Positions 9,375 to 17,640 of a stretch of DNA of 37,817 nucleotides are shown here, piece after piece. Below the pieces are notes generated by a model that had not been told where the DNA came from, ran no database searches, and saw only the letters and a program-made list of their open reading frames with translations. How positions within the stretch are numbered: position 1 is the first letter of the stretch; each line of letters opens with the position of its first letter. The position numbers and the translations under genes were made by a program. Source of the stretch: Terriglobales bacterium (GTDB taxonomy: Bacteria > Acidobacteriota > Terriglobia > Terriglobales > Acidobacteriaceae); contig DASSQB010000672.1 in assembly GCA_035702725.1 (NCBI GenBank), positions 1 through 37,817 of the forward strand, given 5' to 3'.

Positions 9375-9486
9375 CCGGGCTGGCACAGCCTTCGCAGGGC
9401 CGTCAGGAGCCTGCCGGCAATTCCCCACCGATTTTTCCTGCCCTTTCAGGTATGCTAGGCAGGGCGGAAGGTGCCGGGAGTCTCCT

Positions 9487-10122
9487 ATGCGAGCCGCATC
9501 TGAGATCATGGCCGGCAAAATGACGGAGCCGCGACATCACCCGGGAGGCGACTTTGACGTGGTCGCTCTGGGCGCCTCTGCCGGCGGTTTCAACGCTCTT
9601 TCGCGTCTGCTCGGGCCTTTGCCTGCGGACTTCGGCTGCGGCATTCTGGTGGTGCAGCACCTCAGCCCCGACTACCGCAGCGTGCTGGCCGAACTGCTGG
9701 AGCGTAAGACCAGCCTGCATGTTCACCAGGCGAGCGACGGAGAAAAGATCGTGCCCGGGGTGGTCTACGTGGCCGCCCCCAACCTGCACCTGCTGGCTGA
9801 ACCTGGCGCTGTGCGCCTGCTGCGCACGCCCGCCGTGCACCACTCCCGGCCCTCCATTGATCTGCTTTTCGAATCGGTTGCGGTAAACTACGGACAGCGA
9901 GCCGTCGGTATTGTCTTGAGCGGTTCCGGACGGGACGGCGCGGCCGGCATCCAGGCCATCAAGGCCGCGGGCGGTACCACTATGGCCGAGGATCCCGCCA
10001 GTTCTGAATTCAGTTCCATGCCCTACGCCGCCGTTGCCACCGGCTGTGTGGATATTGTCCTGCCCATAGCCCGGCTGGCCAAGACCCTGATTGAGCTGTG
10101 CGGAACTGTGGCCCATGACTGA
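9487..10122 (+). CDS. cheB: CheB-type protein-glutamate methylesterase, catalytic domain only (no receiver domain)
   Basis: ATG 9487 with GGGAG upstream. Catalytic triad context: ALGASAGG (Ser), VVQHL (His), SGSGRDG (Asp). The stop overlaps the cheR start (ATGACTGA). Confidence 0.8.
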   Translation: MRAASEIMAGKMTEPRHHPGGDFDVVALGASAGGFNALSRLLGPLPADFGCGILVVQHLSPDYRSVLAELLERKTSLHVHQASDGEKIVPGVVYVAAPNLHLLAEPGAVRLLRTPAVHHSRPSIDLLFESVAVNYGQRAVGIVLSGSGRDGAAGIQAIKAAGGTTMAEDPASSEFSSMPYAAVATGCVDIVLPIARLAKTLIELCGTVAHD

Positions 10123-12082
10123 CAACGACCAATTGTCATTGCATCAGCTCCTTAGCGAGCTGGCCAACAACCGCAACCTCGACCTGCGCGGCTTCAAAAC
10201 CACTACCCTGGAGCGCCGCATCCGCAAGCGCATGTCGGAGGTCAATACCAGTGGTTACGCCAACTACCTGGAGAAGGTCTACCAGGACCCCCACGAAGTT
10301 GACACCCTGCTGAACACCATCCTCATCAACGTCACCGAATTTTTTCGCGACCCACAGGCCTGGGAAGCCCTGCGCGCCGAGGTCCTTCCTGGGATTCTGA
10401 GCGCCCTCAAGCCGGGCGACACTTTTCGCGCCTGGTGCGCTGGCTGCGCTTCCGGTGAGGAGCCCTACTCACTGGCCATTCTCATCAGTGATTACCTGCG
10501 CGACAAATTGGGCGATTACGACATCAAAATCTACGCCACCGATATTGACGAAGAAGCTCTTACTGCAGCGCGGCGCGGCGAATATGCGGCTGAGCGCCTG
10601 CGGCGCGTGCGCTCGGAGTGGCGCGAGCGTTTTTTCACCGGCGGCGCCCGCCTGCGCATCAATCGCGAACAGCGGCGCTTGGTCATCTTCGGCCACAGTA
10701 ACCTGATGGTGGACGCGCCCATCTCCCACTGCCAGCTCATCCTCTGCCGCAACCTGCTCATATATTTCGATACCGCCGCCCAGAAGCAGATCCTTGGGCG
10801 CATGCATTATGCTTTAGAGCCGGGCGGAATTCTCTTCCTGGGCAAGGCCGAATCCAAGCTCAGCGAGTCTCACCTTTTCCGGCCCCTTAGCTTGCGCTGG
10901 CGGTTATTCCAGCGCCAGGACAATCGAGCGGAGACTATTGGCCTTCCTCCGGTGCGGGAAATGGGAGCGGAACCCCCTCCTATGGACAAAACCACACAAC
11001 GACTGCAAATGCTGCAGCTTTTTCACCACTACATCCTCGATACCCTCAAGACGGGCATCATGGAACTGGACAAGAGCGACCTTATCGCCACCCACAACGA
11101 CGCAGCCCTGGAGATCTGGGGCCTGGCGGGCGCTCGCCTGCAGGGCAAGCGGCTGCAAAACACCGAGGTGGTCGTGCGCTGTCCGGAGATGGTCCGTCAC
11201 CTGGAAGAGAGCCGGAGCAAGCCCGAACCGGTGGAGTTCCAGTTCACCATGCGCAGCGATGAGGAAGAAAAAACCATTCACGTGGTCATCCGTGCCATCG
11301 TTTCCGCGGAAGGCGAACGCACCGGCACCCTCATCCATTGCGACGATATCAGCGTGCAGGAGAAGCTGCAGACCACCATCGAGCAGCTGGAATCCACCGG
11401 CGAGGAACTGCAATCCGCCAATGAGGAACTGGAAACCACCAACGAAGAACTGCAGTCCACCAACGAGGAACTGGAAACCACCAACGAGGAGCTGCAGTCC
11501 ACCAACGAGGAACTGGAAACCACCAACGAAGAACTCCATTCGCTCAACGAAGAGCTGGAGAACATGAACGATGAGCTGGAACAGCGCACGCGGGAGCTGC
11601 ACGACTTAACCTCTCGCTACGCGGAAACCCTGCGCCGCATGCCCTGGCCCGTTATGCTGGTGGATCGCGAGGAGAAGATTCAGCTGTGGAACGCAGCCGC
11701 GCAGAAATTGTTCGGAGTAAGCGCCACTTCCGTGGTCGGCGTCTCCATAGACCGCCTGCCCCTGGAGCAGTCGCTCAGCCGGACCCTGATTCGCCGCTAC
11801 CGCGCCGTACTCAAGAACCAGAAAGGGGCGGTGCTGCACCACCTGGCGTTTCACATCGGCGCTGCGCGCCAGGCTTTTGATGTGCACTTTACCCCCATTG
11901 CCCGCGATGCCGCCATGGAGGGTGTGCTCATCATGTTCGGCGGACCGGGCGAGCGCGGCGCCAGGGCCTCCAATCAAGCGGCTGCGTCTGCGAACCCGGG
12001 GAATAACCGCCAGCCGAAAGTTGTTAAAAGGGCGCCGGCGGGACAAAAGAAGGCACGCAAAGAAACACGGGGGCGGGGGTAA
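10115..12082 (+). CDS. cheR: CheR-type SAM methyltransferase fused to a PAS domain, a long heptad coiled coil and a second PAS domain
   Basis: CheR motifs: TEFFRDPQAWEAL, RAWCAGCASGEEPYSLAI, IYATDIDEEAL, ILCRNLLIYFD. These are followed by a PAS-like segment, nine EEL heptads, a second PAS-like segment and a basic tail. No HisKA/HATPase domain is present. Confidence 0.85.
   Translation: MTDNDQLSLHQLLSELANNRNLDLRGFKTTTLERRIRKRMSEVNTSGYANYLEKVYQDPHEVDTLLNTILINVTEFFRDPQAWEALRAEVLPGILSALKPGDTFRAWCAGCASGEEPYSLAILISDYLRDKLGDYDIKIYATDIDEEALTAARRGEYAAERLRRVRSEWRERFFTGGARLRINREQRRLVIFGHSNLMVDAPISHCQLILCRNLLIYFDTAAQKQILGRMHYALEPGGILFLGKAESKLSESHLFRPLSLRWRLFQRQDNRAETIGLPPVREMGAEPPPMDKTTQRLQMLQLFHHYILDTLKTGIMELDKSDLIATHNDAALEIWGLAGARLQGKRLQNTEVVVRCPEMVRHLEESRSKPEPVEFQFTMRSDEEEKTIHVVIRAIVSAEGERTGTLIHCDDISVQEKLQTTIEQLESTGEELQSANEELETTNEELQSTNEELETTNEELQSTNEELETTNEELHSLNEELENMNDELEQRTRELHDLTSRYAETLRRMPWPVMLVDREEKIQLWNAAAQKLFGVSATSVVGVSIDRLPLEQSLSRTLIRRYRAVLKNQKGAVLHHLAFHIGAARQAFDVHFTPIARDAAMEGVLIMFGGPGERGARASNQAAASANPGNNRQPKVVKRAPAGQKKARKETRGRG
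11396..11584 (+). repeat. In-frame tandem 21-nt (heptad) repeats inside cheR
   Basis: Nine heptads: TGEELQS ANEELET TNEELQS TNEELET TNEELQS TNEELET TNEELHS LNEELEN MNDELEQ. The 42-nt blocks 11438-11479 and 11480-11521 differ at only 2 positions. Confidence 0.9.
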
Positions 12083-12183
12083 GCATGTTTTCGCCGCTGT
12101 CGGATAGCAGAGAACGGCAACTGGCATACGAGCAGATGACGACGGCCTTAAACCGGCGCCCAACGATCAGATAGTGTGACCCC

Positions 12184-12405
12184 ATGCCGACACAGGAAAA
12201 ATCTCCACCTTCTCCCCTGGCGCTCCGGGCCCGCGGGGCTCGAAACAGGGCGCGCAGCGAACAGCAAGACCCGCTTCGGCTTGCCACAGGCGCGCGTCTT
12301 GGCGGCTGGGATAAGTCATCCGAGCTGTGCCGGCACAGCGACGAAGTGCTTCGCCGCAGCCACGAGCTTCGCGATCGGTTGAGGAAAATTCGCAATGCGC
12401 CCTGA
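12184..12405 (+). CDS. Hypothetical small Arg-rich protein (ORF-a, 73 aa)
   Basis: ATG start. The 3' end overlaps the ORF-b start by 11 nt. The C-terminal helix SSELCRHSDEVLRRSHELRDRLRKIRN resembles segments of ORF-c. The competing frame 12176-12382 has similar GC3, so the call is uncertain. Confidence 0.35.
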   Translation: MPTQEKSPPSPLALRARGARNRARSEQQDPLRLATGARLGGWDKSSELCRHSDEVLRRSHELRDRLRKIRNAP

Positions 12406-12703
12406 ATGGAAGCACCTGCAGAATGAAACTGTGGCGGCTCAAATATCTTTTCTGGATACCGAGCTCAAGACCGGCCTCACCTTCGCCCGCTTGGCCTTGA
12501 CGGCCAGCAATCCTGACAAGATCTCCCGCAATCTTCTGAACGCCCGCAAAGCGTGTGACACCATCACCGCTTATCTCGTCAATCTGCCCGCGCAAACAGC
12601 GGAACTGGAAGGCATACATGAGAAGTTAAAAACCCTGCAGCAGATGATCCAATCGCTGGAGAACAGACGTGACAGGAGCAAATCGCTCTTCGAACATTCG
12701 TGA
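12395..12703 (+). CDS. Hypothetical small helical protein (ORF-b, 102 aa)
   Basis: ATG start and strong third-position G/C bias. Helical sequence FLDTELKTGLTFARLALTASNPDKISRNLLNARKACDTITAYL...KLKTLQQMIQSLE. Confidence 0.6.
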   Translation: MRPEWKHLQNETVAAQISFLDTELKTGLTFARLALTASNPDKISRNLLNARKACDTITAYLVNLPAQTAELEGIHEKLKTLQQMIQSLENRRDRSKSLFEHS

Positions 12704-13031
12704 CCGCTCCCGCTCCGCGCGCGAGCGCTCCAGAAGCCTTCGCGTAACCTCGCAGCAGTTGCGCGAAAGCCTGGAAAATCTGCGCGCCTACGCCGCCGAG
12801 GTAAATGGAGGGCTTCCCGAGAGCCACAAACCGCGGTTCGACGCCGGCAAGGAAGACCTTTCCCCTCCCAGGCGCACGCCCCTGAATTTCGCAGGCCAAG
12901 TGCGGGAACGGGTGCACAAGGCGCGCAGGGAGGCGCAGGCGTTACGCCGCCGGGCCGCTGATCTCAGGAACCAGGCGGCGGAGTTTCGCGCGCGTTCCGA
13001 GAACCTGCGGAGCAACTCGGTGACCCTTTGA
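12669..13031 (+). CDS. Hypothetical Arg/Ser-rich coiled-coil protein (ORF-c, 120 aa)
   Basis: GTG start overlapping ORF-b by 35 nt, with high GC3. Two internally similar helical segments: RSRSARERSRSLRVTSQQLRESLENLR and ALRRRAADLRNQAAEFRARSENLRSN. Confidence 0.5.
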   Translation: MTGANRSSNIRDRSRSARERSRSLRVTSQQLRESLENLRAYAAEVNGGLPESHKPRFDAGKEDLSPPRRTPLNFAGQVRERVHKARREAQALRRRAADLRNQAAEFRARSENLRSNSVTL

Positions 13032-13246
13032 GACCGGCCATCCCGTGCACCAGCCAAGGCTTCTCGCCTTCTGGTGTCCAGGCATGACATTGTCGTCATG
13101 GGCGTAGTCGGCCAGGCATTTCCGGCAGATAGCGGCGGAACCACACCAGCAGGCGCTGACCATTCGCCACCTGCTGCTGCAGCGCGATCAGCCGCCGCTG
13201 ACCAGAACCGATGACCGAGGGACCGGCGCGTCTTCCAGAGGGAAGC

Positions 13247-13462
13247 TTACTCAAGAGACTCGGTGGCCGCGCGCGCCAGCCGCTTGCGGCCTCCAACTTT
13301 TTGCCACTCCTGCTCCAGCCGCTTCTGGTTGGCGATACGGTTAAGCACCGCATTCAGAATAAAGCCGCTGATGGTGCGGCGTTCGCGCCTGGCCGCATCG
13401 CGGATGGCGATTGCTTCCTCTTCTGAGCAGCGCACCAGCAGAGCGGTTCTTGGCTTGGCCAT
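13247..13462 (-). CDS. Ribbon-helix-helix (CopG/antitoxin-like) DNA-binding protein
   Basis: ATG 13462 (GTG 13468 is an alternative start). The N-terminal strand RTALLVRCSEEE followed by helices AIAIRDAARRERRTISGFILNAVL is the typical RHH pattern. Confidence 0.6.
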   Translation of the reverse strand: MAKPRTALLVRCSEEEAIAIRDAARRERRTISGFILNAVLNRIANQKRLEQEWQKVGGRKRLARAATESLE

Positions 13463-13731
13463 AGGCACATCCCGATAAAGCTATCTAATGATATCTCGTC
13501 CGGCGACCAGCGCAAGTAGCTCCCAAGTACATATTCTTGCCCGAGGTCCCAAAGAGGGAATGGACTGCCCGCGGGGAAGGGTTGCTCCACCCTCCCTGCT
13601 AGGGGGCAAAATGTTGACACTTGCCGCGCAGGTTAAACAGGTGGCTCTAAGTCAGATAGAAAGCCCATCGGCTCCGCCACCAAGCGCACAGTACCCCGCT
13701 GAGAATCCGGTATGCTTAGCGCTTGTCACGC

Positions 13732-16014
13732 ATGAGATCTTTGCCGGTCATAGACCGCCGAGCAGGCCGCCGGGGCCGGGTGTTGGCCTGCGTGCTTGCC
13801 CTGTTGGCGCGGCTTTTATTCTGCCTGGGGTTCGCGCTGAACATACCGGCAGCGGCACGCAGCCGTGGCCAGGCAGTGGAGGCGGGGGCGCGGGTGGCCA
13901 TGGCGGCGCGGGTAGAGCGCGCTCCCCGCCTCGACGGCACGCTGGATGACCCGCTTTGGCAGGCGGCCAAACCCATAACCGACTTTCTTCAGCGCGAGCC
14001 GGTGGAGGGCCAAGCCGCGACGGAATCCACCTCTGTCCGTATTCTCTATACCCGGCGCGCGGTTTACTTCGGAATCGTGTGCTCGGACTCCAAGCCCAAT
14101 CAGATCATCGCCACCGAGTTGCGCCGCGACCTGAGCCAGGAACTGGACGACTACTTCGAAATCATTGTTGATTCCACCCACGACCGGCGCAACGCCTACG
14201 TCTTCGAGGTTAACCCCCTGGGCACGCAGCGCGATGGCGTCATCACCGAAGAGCAGACCGAAGACATGTACGGCGACACGTTCGATCCCGGCTGGGACGG
14301 AGTGTGGACCTCAGCCGCCCGCATAACACCACAGGGCTGGACTGCGACCATCGAGATTCCCTTCACCACCCTGAATTTCATGCAGTCGCGCGACGTGGTG
14401 TGGGGAATTAACTTCAAGCGCTTCATCCGCCGCAAGAACGAAGAGGATCTGTGGTCGAGCTGGCGGCGTTTCTCCGGCATCAACAAGGTCAGCGAGGCCG
14501 GCGAGCTGCGCGGTATTTCAGAGATCAACAGCGGGCGCCTGTTTATCGTCAAGCCTTACGCCCTGGGCGGCTACCAGCACCTGCCGCCTGCTGCCGCCCT
14601 CAGCGGCCTGCCTCCAGGGTCCAAGGCGCTTTACACCGGCGGACTGGACATGAAAATCGGGGTGCGCTCCAACCTGGTGGCCAACCTCACCGGCAATACC
14701 GACTTCGCCGATGCCGACGTGGACATCACCCAGTTCAATCTCACTCCCTACAAACTTTTTTTCCCGGAGAAGCGCCAGTTCTTCCTGGAAAACTCAAGCA
14801 TTTTCAATTTCCCGCTGGATGGCGAAGGCGACCTGCTCTTCTTCAGCCGCCAGATCGGCATTGATCCGGTGACCGGACAGGAAGTTCCCATCAACGGCGG
14901 CGCCAAGGTGACCGGCTCGCTGGGCGGCTTCGACCTGGGTGTTATGGATGTGGACACGCGCTCCAGCGGGCCCAACCCTTACTCTAATTTTGGGGTGGTT
15001 CGCGTCAAGCGCTCCATCTTCGGCCAGTCCTATATTGGCGTAATGGGCGTAGACAAGCGCTCCGGCAACCCCCTGGACCCGTACAACCAGACCGGCGGTG
15101 CTGATGCCCGCATTCTGCTCACCAAAAACCTGGTGGTCACGGGCATTGCAGCGGAAACACGCACCCCGGGCCTGACGGGCGGCCAATCTGATGTGGGCGG
15201 TTCGGCGACTTTCCGCAGCAACTTGTTCGACTTCGTTGCCGAGGAACACAAGATCGGGCGCAATTTCAACCCTGAAGTCGGGTTCCTGGAGCGCAATAAC
15301 AGCGTTTCTCAGTATCTCGACGGCAACTTCAAGCCGCGCCCGCGAATTCGCGGTGTGCGCGAGCTCAACTTTGAGAGCTTTCTATTTCACGCTCCTGACA
15401 CCCGGGGCGTGCTGCAGACGCAGGAGTGGCAGGCCACCTTCCGCGCCCTGTTCAACAACGGTTCCTACACAGACGACGACATCATTGATAACTTTGCCCA
15501 GCGCATCACCACGCCTTTCAATCTGTACAAAAATATCTTTATTCCCGTGGGCTATTACCGCTGGTCGCGGCACCAGCTCACCTACGGCTCTCCCGAAGAC
15601 CGACGTTTCACCTGGAATGTTTATGAGCGCTTTGGCAGCTACTACGACGGGCGCCTGAATGAAACCCGCTTGCGCGGCACCTATCGCGCCAGCGAGCATC
15701 TTTCGGTCAGCCTGGGCGAGCAGTGGAACCGCTTTCGCCTGCCCCAGGGAAATTTCTCCATCCTTTTTGGCGACCTGGAAACTGACTACTCTTTCTCCCG
15801 TTTTCTCATGCTCTCCACCCTGCTGCAGATGAACACGGCCAACACCCAGGGCGCCAGCGCCAACATCCGCTTGCGTTGGAACTACCGGCCCGATAGCGAT
15901 TTTTACATCATCTACACCGTCGGGCAGCAGTTCGCCAGCCTGGCCGCGGCCAACCCCATGCAACTCATGCAGCACCGCCTGTCGGTGAAGTTCACTTACT
16001 CATTTTCGCCCTGA
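13732..16014 (+). CDS. Large secreted beta-rich protein with an N-terminal CBM9/DOMON-like module (DUF5916-like)
   Basis: ATG 13732 (TTG 13723 is an alternative start). Signal-like N-terminus. The RAPRLDGTLDDPLWQAAKPITDF...REPVEG opening is typical of this family. The remainder is rich in alternating beta-type sequence and ends in ...LSVKFTYSFSP. Confidence 0.65.
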   Translation: MRSLPVIDRRAGRRGRVLACVLALLARLLFCLGFALNIPAAARSRGQAVEAGARVAMAARVERAPRLDGTLDDPLWQAAKPITDFLQREPVEGQAATESTSVRILYTRRAVYFGIVCSDSKPNQIIATELRRDLSQELDDYFEIIVDSTHDRRNAYVFEVNPLGTQRDGVITEEQTEDMYGDTFDPGWDGVWTSAARITPQGWTATIEIPFTTLNFMQSRDVVWGINFKRFIRRKNEEDLWSSWRRFSGINKVSEAGELRGISEINSGRLFIVKPYALGGYQHLPPAAALSGLPPGSKALYTGGLDMKIGVRSNLVANLTGNTDFADADVDITQFNLTPYKLFFPEKRQFFLENSSIFNFPLDGEGDLLFFSRQIGIDPVTGQEVPINGGAKVTGSLGGFDLGVMDVDTRSSGPNPYSNFGVVRVKRSIFGQSYIGVMGVDKRSGNPLDPYNQTGGADARILLTKNLVVTGIAAETRTPGLTGGQSDVGGSATFRSNLFDFVAEEHKIGRNFNPEVGFLERNNSVSQYLDGNFKPRPRIRGVRELNFESFLFHAPDTRGVLQTQEWQATFRALFNNGSYTDDDIIDNFAQRITTPFNLYKNIFIPVGYYRWSRHQLTYGSPEDRRFTWNVYERFGSYYDGRLNETRLRGTYRASEHLSVSLGEQWNRFRLPQGNFSILFGDLETDYSFSRFLMLSTLLQMNTANTQGASANIRLRWNYRPDSDFYIIYTVGQQFASLAAANPMQLMQHRLSVKFTYSFSP

Positions 16015-17605
16015 GGCGCCCCCAGCCTCCCCCGCCGGGAGTTTCCACGCGGATGCGCTCGCCGGCTTTCACCCGCACGCTGGCCTTGCCGGCAAGCTGC
16101 TGCGTGCTGCCATTGGCGCGGAGCACTTCCGTGCGCCCGGCGACGCCGGGTTCGCCTCCATGCAAACCGTACGGCCGGCCCTGGCGGCGGTCCGCAAGCA
16201 GGGTGACGTCCGCTTCGGTCAGGATCTCGATTTCGCGCACCATGCCGTCGCCGCCGCGATATTGGCCTTCTCCGCCGCTGTCCGGGCGCAGCGAGTAACG
16301 CCGCACCCGCAGCGGGTAGGCATATTCCAGCGCCTCTGCCGGCGTGTTCAGCGAGTTAGTCATGTGGGTATGCACGCCGGAAACTCCCGGCTTGGTGGGA
16401 CGCGCTCCCATTCCCCCAGCAACGGTTTCATAGTAGGCGAAAGGCTCGCCGGTGCGCGCATCCATGCCGCCGACAGTCAAATTGTTCATGGTGCCGGAAG
16501 CAGCCGCGGGAATGCGCTGCGGGATGGCCTCGGCCAGCGCCCGCAGCAGCACATCCACAATGCGCTGCGAGGTTTCCACGTTGCCTCCCGCCACGGCTGC
16601 CGGTGGGCGCGCATTTACCACCGTTCCCGCAGGCGCGATAACTTCGATAGGGCGCATCAGCCCCGCGGTGGCCGGCACATCTTCGGTCAGCAGGCAGCGA
16701 AACACGTAGAAGCACGCCGACCAGGTTATGGCTTCCACCGCATTGATGGCGCCTTCAACCTGCTGGTCGGTGCCGGTGAAATCCACCCTGACCAGCGGCC
16801 CCGCTTTGCCGCTTTTGCGGAATGTGATTGCCACTGCGATGCGCACCGGGCGCCCGCTCACACCGTCGTCGTCGAGCGCATCGTCCGCCCGGTAAGTTCC
16901 CGGCGGCACCTGCGCCAGGAAGGCCCGCATCATGCGCTCGGAATAATCCAGCAACTCGCGCCCAGCCGCCGTCACGCGCCGCAGCCCGTAGCGCCGGCAG
17001 ATTTCTTCAAGCCTCGTGAGTCCGGTGTGGCAGGCGGCGATTTGCGCCCCCAGGTCGCCTTCGCGCTCGCCCGGCGTGCGCACGTTGTTCAGCACCAGCG
17101 CCAGAATGTCGTCATCAATTCTGCCCCCGCGCATGATCCGTACCGGAGGGATGCGCAGCCCTTCCTGGTAGATTTCCCGGCATGGTCCCATGGAGCCGGG
17201 ATACGCTCCGCCCACATCGGCGTGGTGAGCGCGCGAAGCCACAAAGAAATTGGGCGCCTTGCCTCTCTTCTGTGTACCCCCGGCGTAAAACGGCGCCACT
17301 AGGGTGATGTCGGGCAGATGGGTGCCGCCGCAAAAAGGATCGTTGAGCATAGCCATGTCGCCCGGACCGAGCGGCAGTTTCTCCAGCGCAGCACGCACGG
17401 ACATGGGCATGGAGCCCAGGTGCACAGGCATGTGATCGCCCATAGCGATGACCTGGGCTGCGCTGTCAAAAACCGCGCAGGAGTAGTCACGCCGCTCCTT
17501 AATGTTGGGGGAAAATGCGGTGCGGCGCAGCGCCGCTCCCATTTCCTCGGCGATGGAGTGGTAGATGTTTTTGAAAATCTCCAGCTCGATCGGGTCGCTT
17601 GCCAT
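15992..17605 (-). CDS. hyuB: Hydantoinase B / oxoprolinase family protein
   Basis: 537 aa. Motifs: DPIELEIFKNIYHSIAEEMG, RDYSCAVFD, GGTHLPDITL, ETVAGGMGA. Converges on, and overlaps by 23 nt, the preceding gene. No hyuA is in the window. Confidence 0.85.
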   Translation of the reverse strand: MASDPIELEIFKNIYHSIAEEMGAALRRTAFSPNIKERRDYSCAVFDSAAQVIAMGDHMPVHLGSMPMSVRAALEKLPLGPGDMAMLNDPFCGGTHLPDITLVAPFYAGGTQKRGKAPNFFVASRAHHADVGGAYPGSMGPCREIYQEGLRIPPVRIMRGGRIDDDILALVLNNVRTPGEREGDLGAQIAACHTGLTRLEEICRRYGLRRVTAAGRELLDYSERMMRAFLAQVPPGTYRADDALDDDGVSGRPVRIAVAITFRKSGKAGPLVRVDFTGTDQQVEGAINAVEAITWSACFYVFRCLLTEDVPATAGLMRPIEVIAPAGTVVNARPPAAVAGGNVETSQRIVDVLLRALAEAIPQRIPAAASGTMNNLTVGGMDARTGEPFAYYETVAGGMGARPTKPGVSGVHTHMTNSLNTPAEALEYAYPLRVRRYSLRPDSGGEGQYRGGDGMVREIEILTEADVTLLADRRQGRPYGLHGGEPGVAGRTEVLRANGSTQQLAGKASVRVKAGERIRVETPGGGGWGRLRAKMSK

Positions 17606-17640
17606 GCGGGAAAGTGTACGCCAGTTACGCTCTCCAAGGT

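Noticed and set aside
10904-11602. Minus-strand ORF with FQFLVGGLQ repeats; also considered as a CRISPR-like array
   Set aside because: It is the reverse-complement reading of the in-frame EEL heptad repeats of cheR. The units are 21 nt, contiguous, without spacers, and lie inside a CDS.
13032-13246. Search for a toxin gene partnered with the RHH protein
   Set aside because: Only overlapping shadow ORFs (13096-13353, 12942-13163) with no toxin-like motifs are present.
16160-17302. 380-aa plus-strand ORF opposite hyuB
   Set aside because: It is an Arg/Ala/His-rich shadow ORF typical of high-GC antisense frames. The minus strand carries clear Hydantoinase_B motifs.
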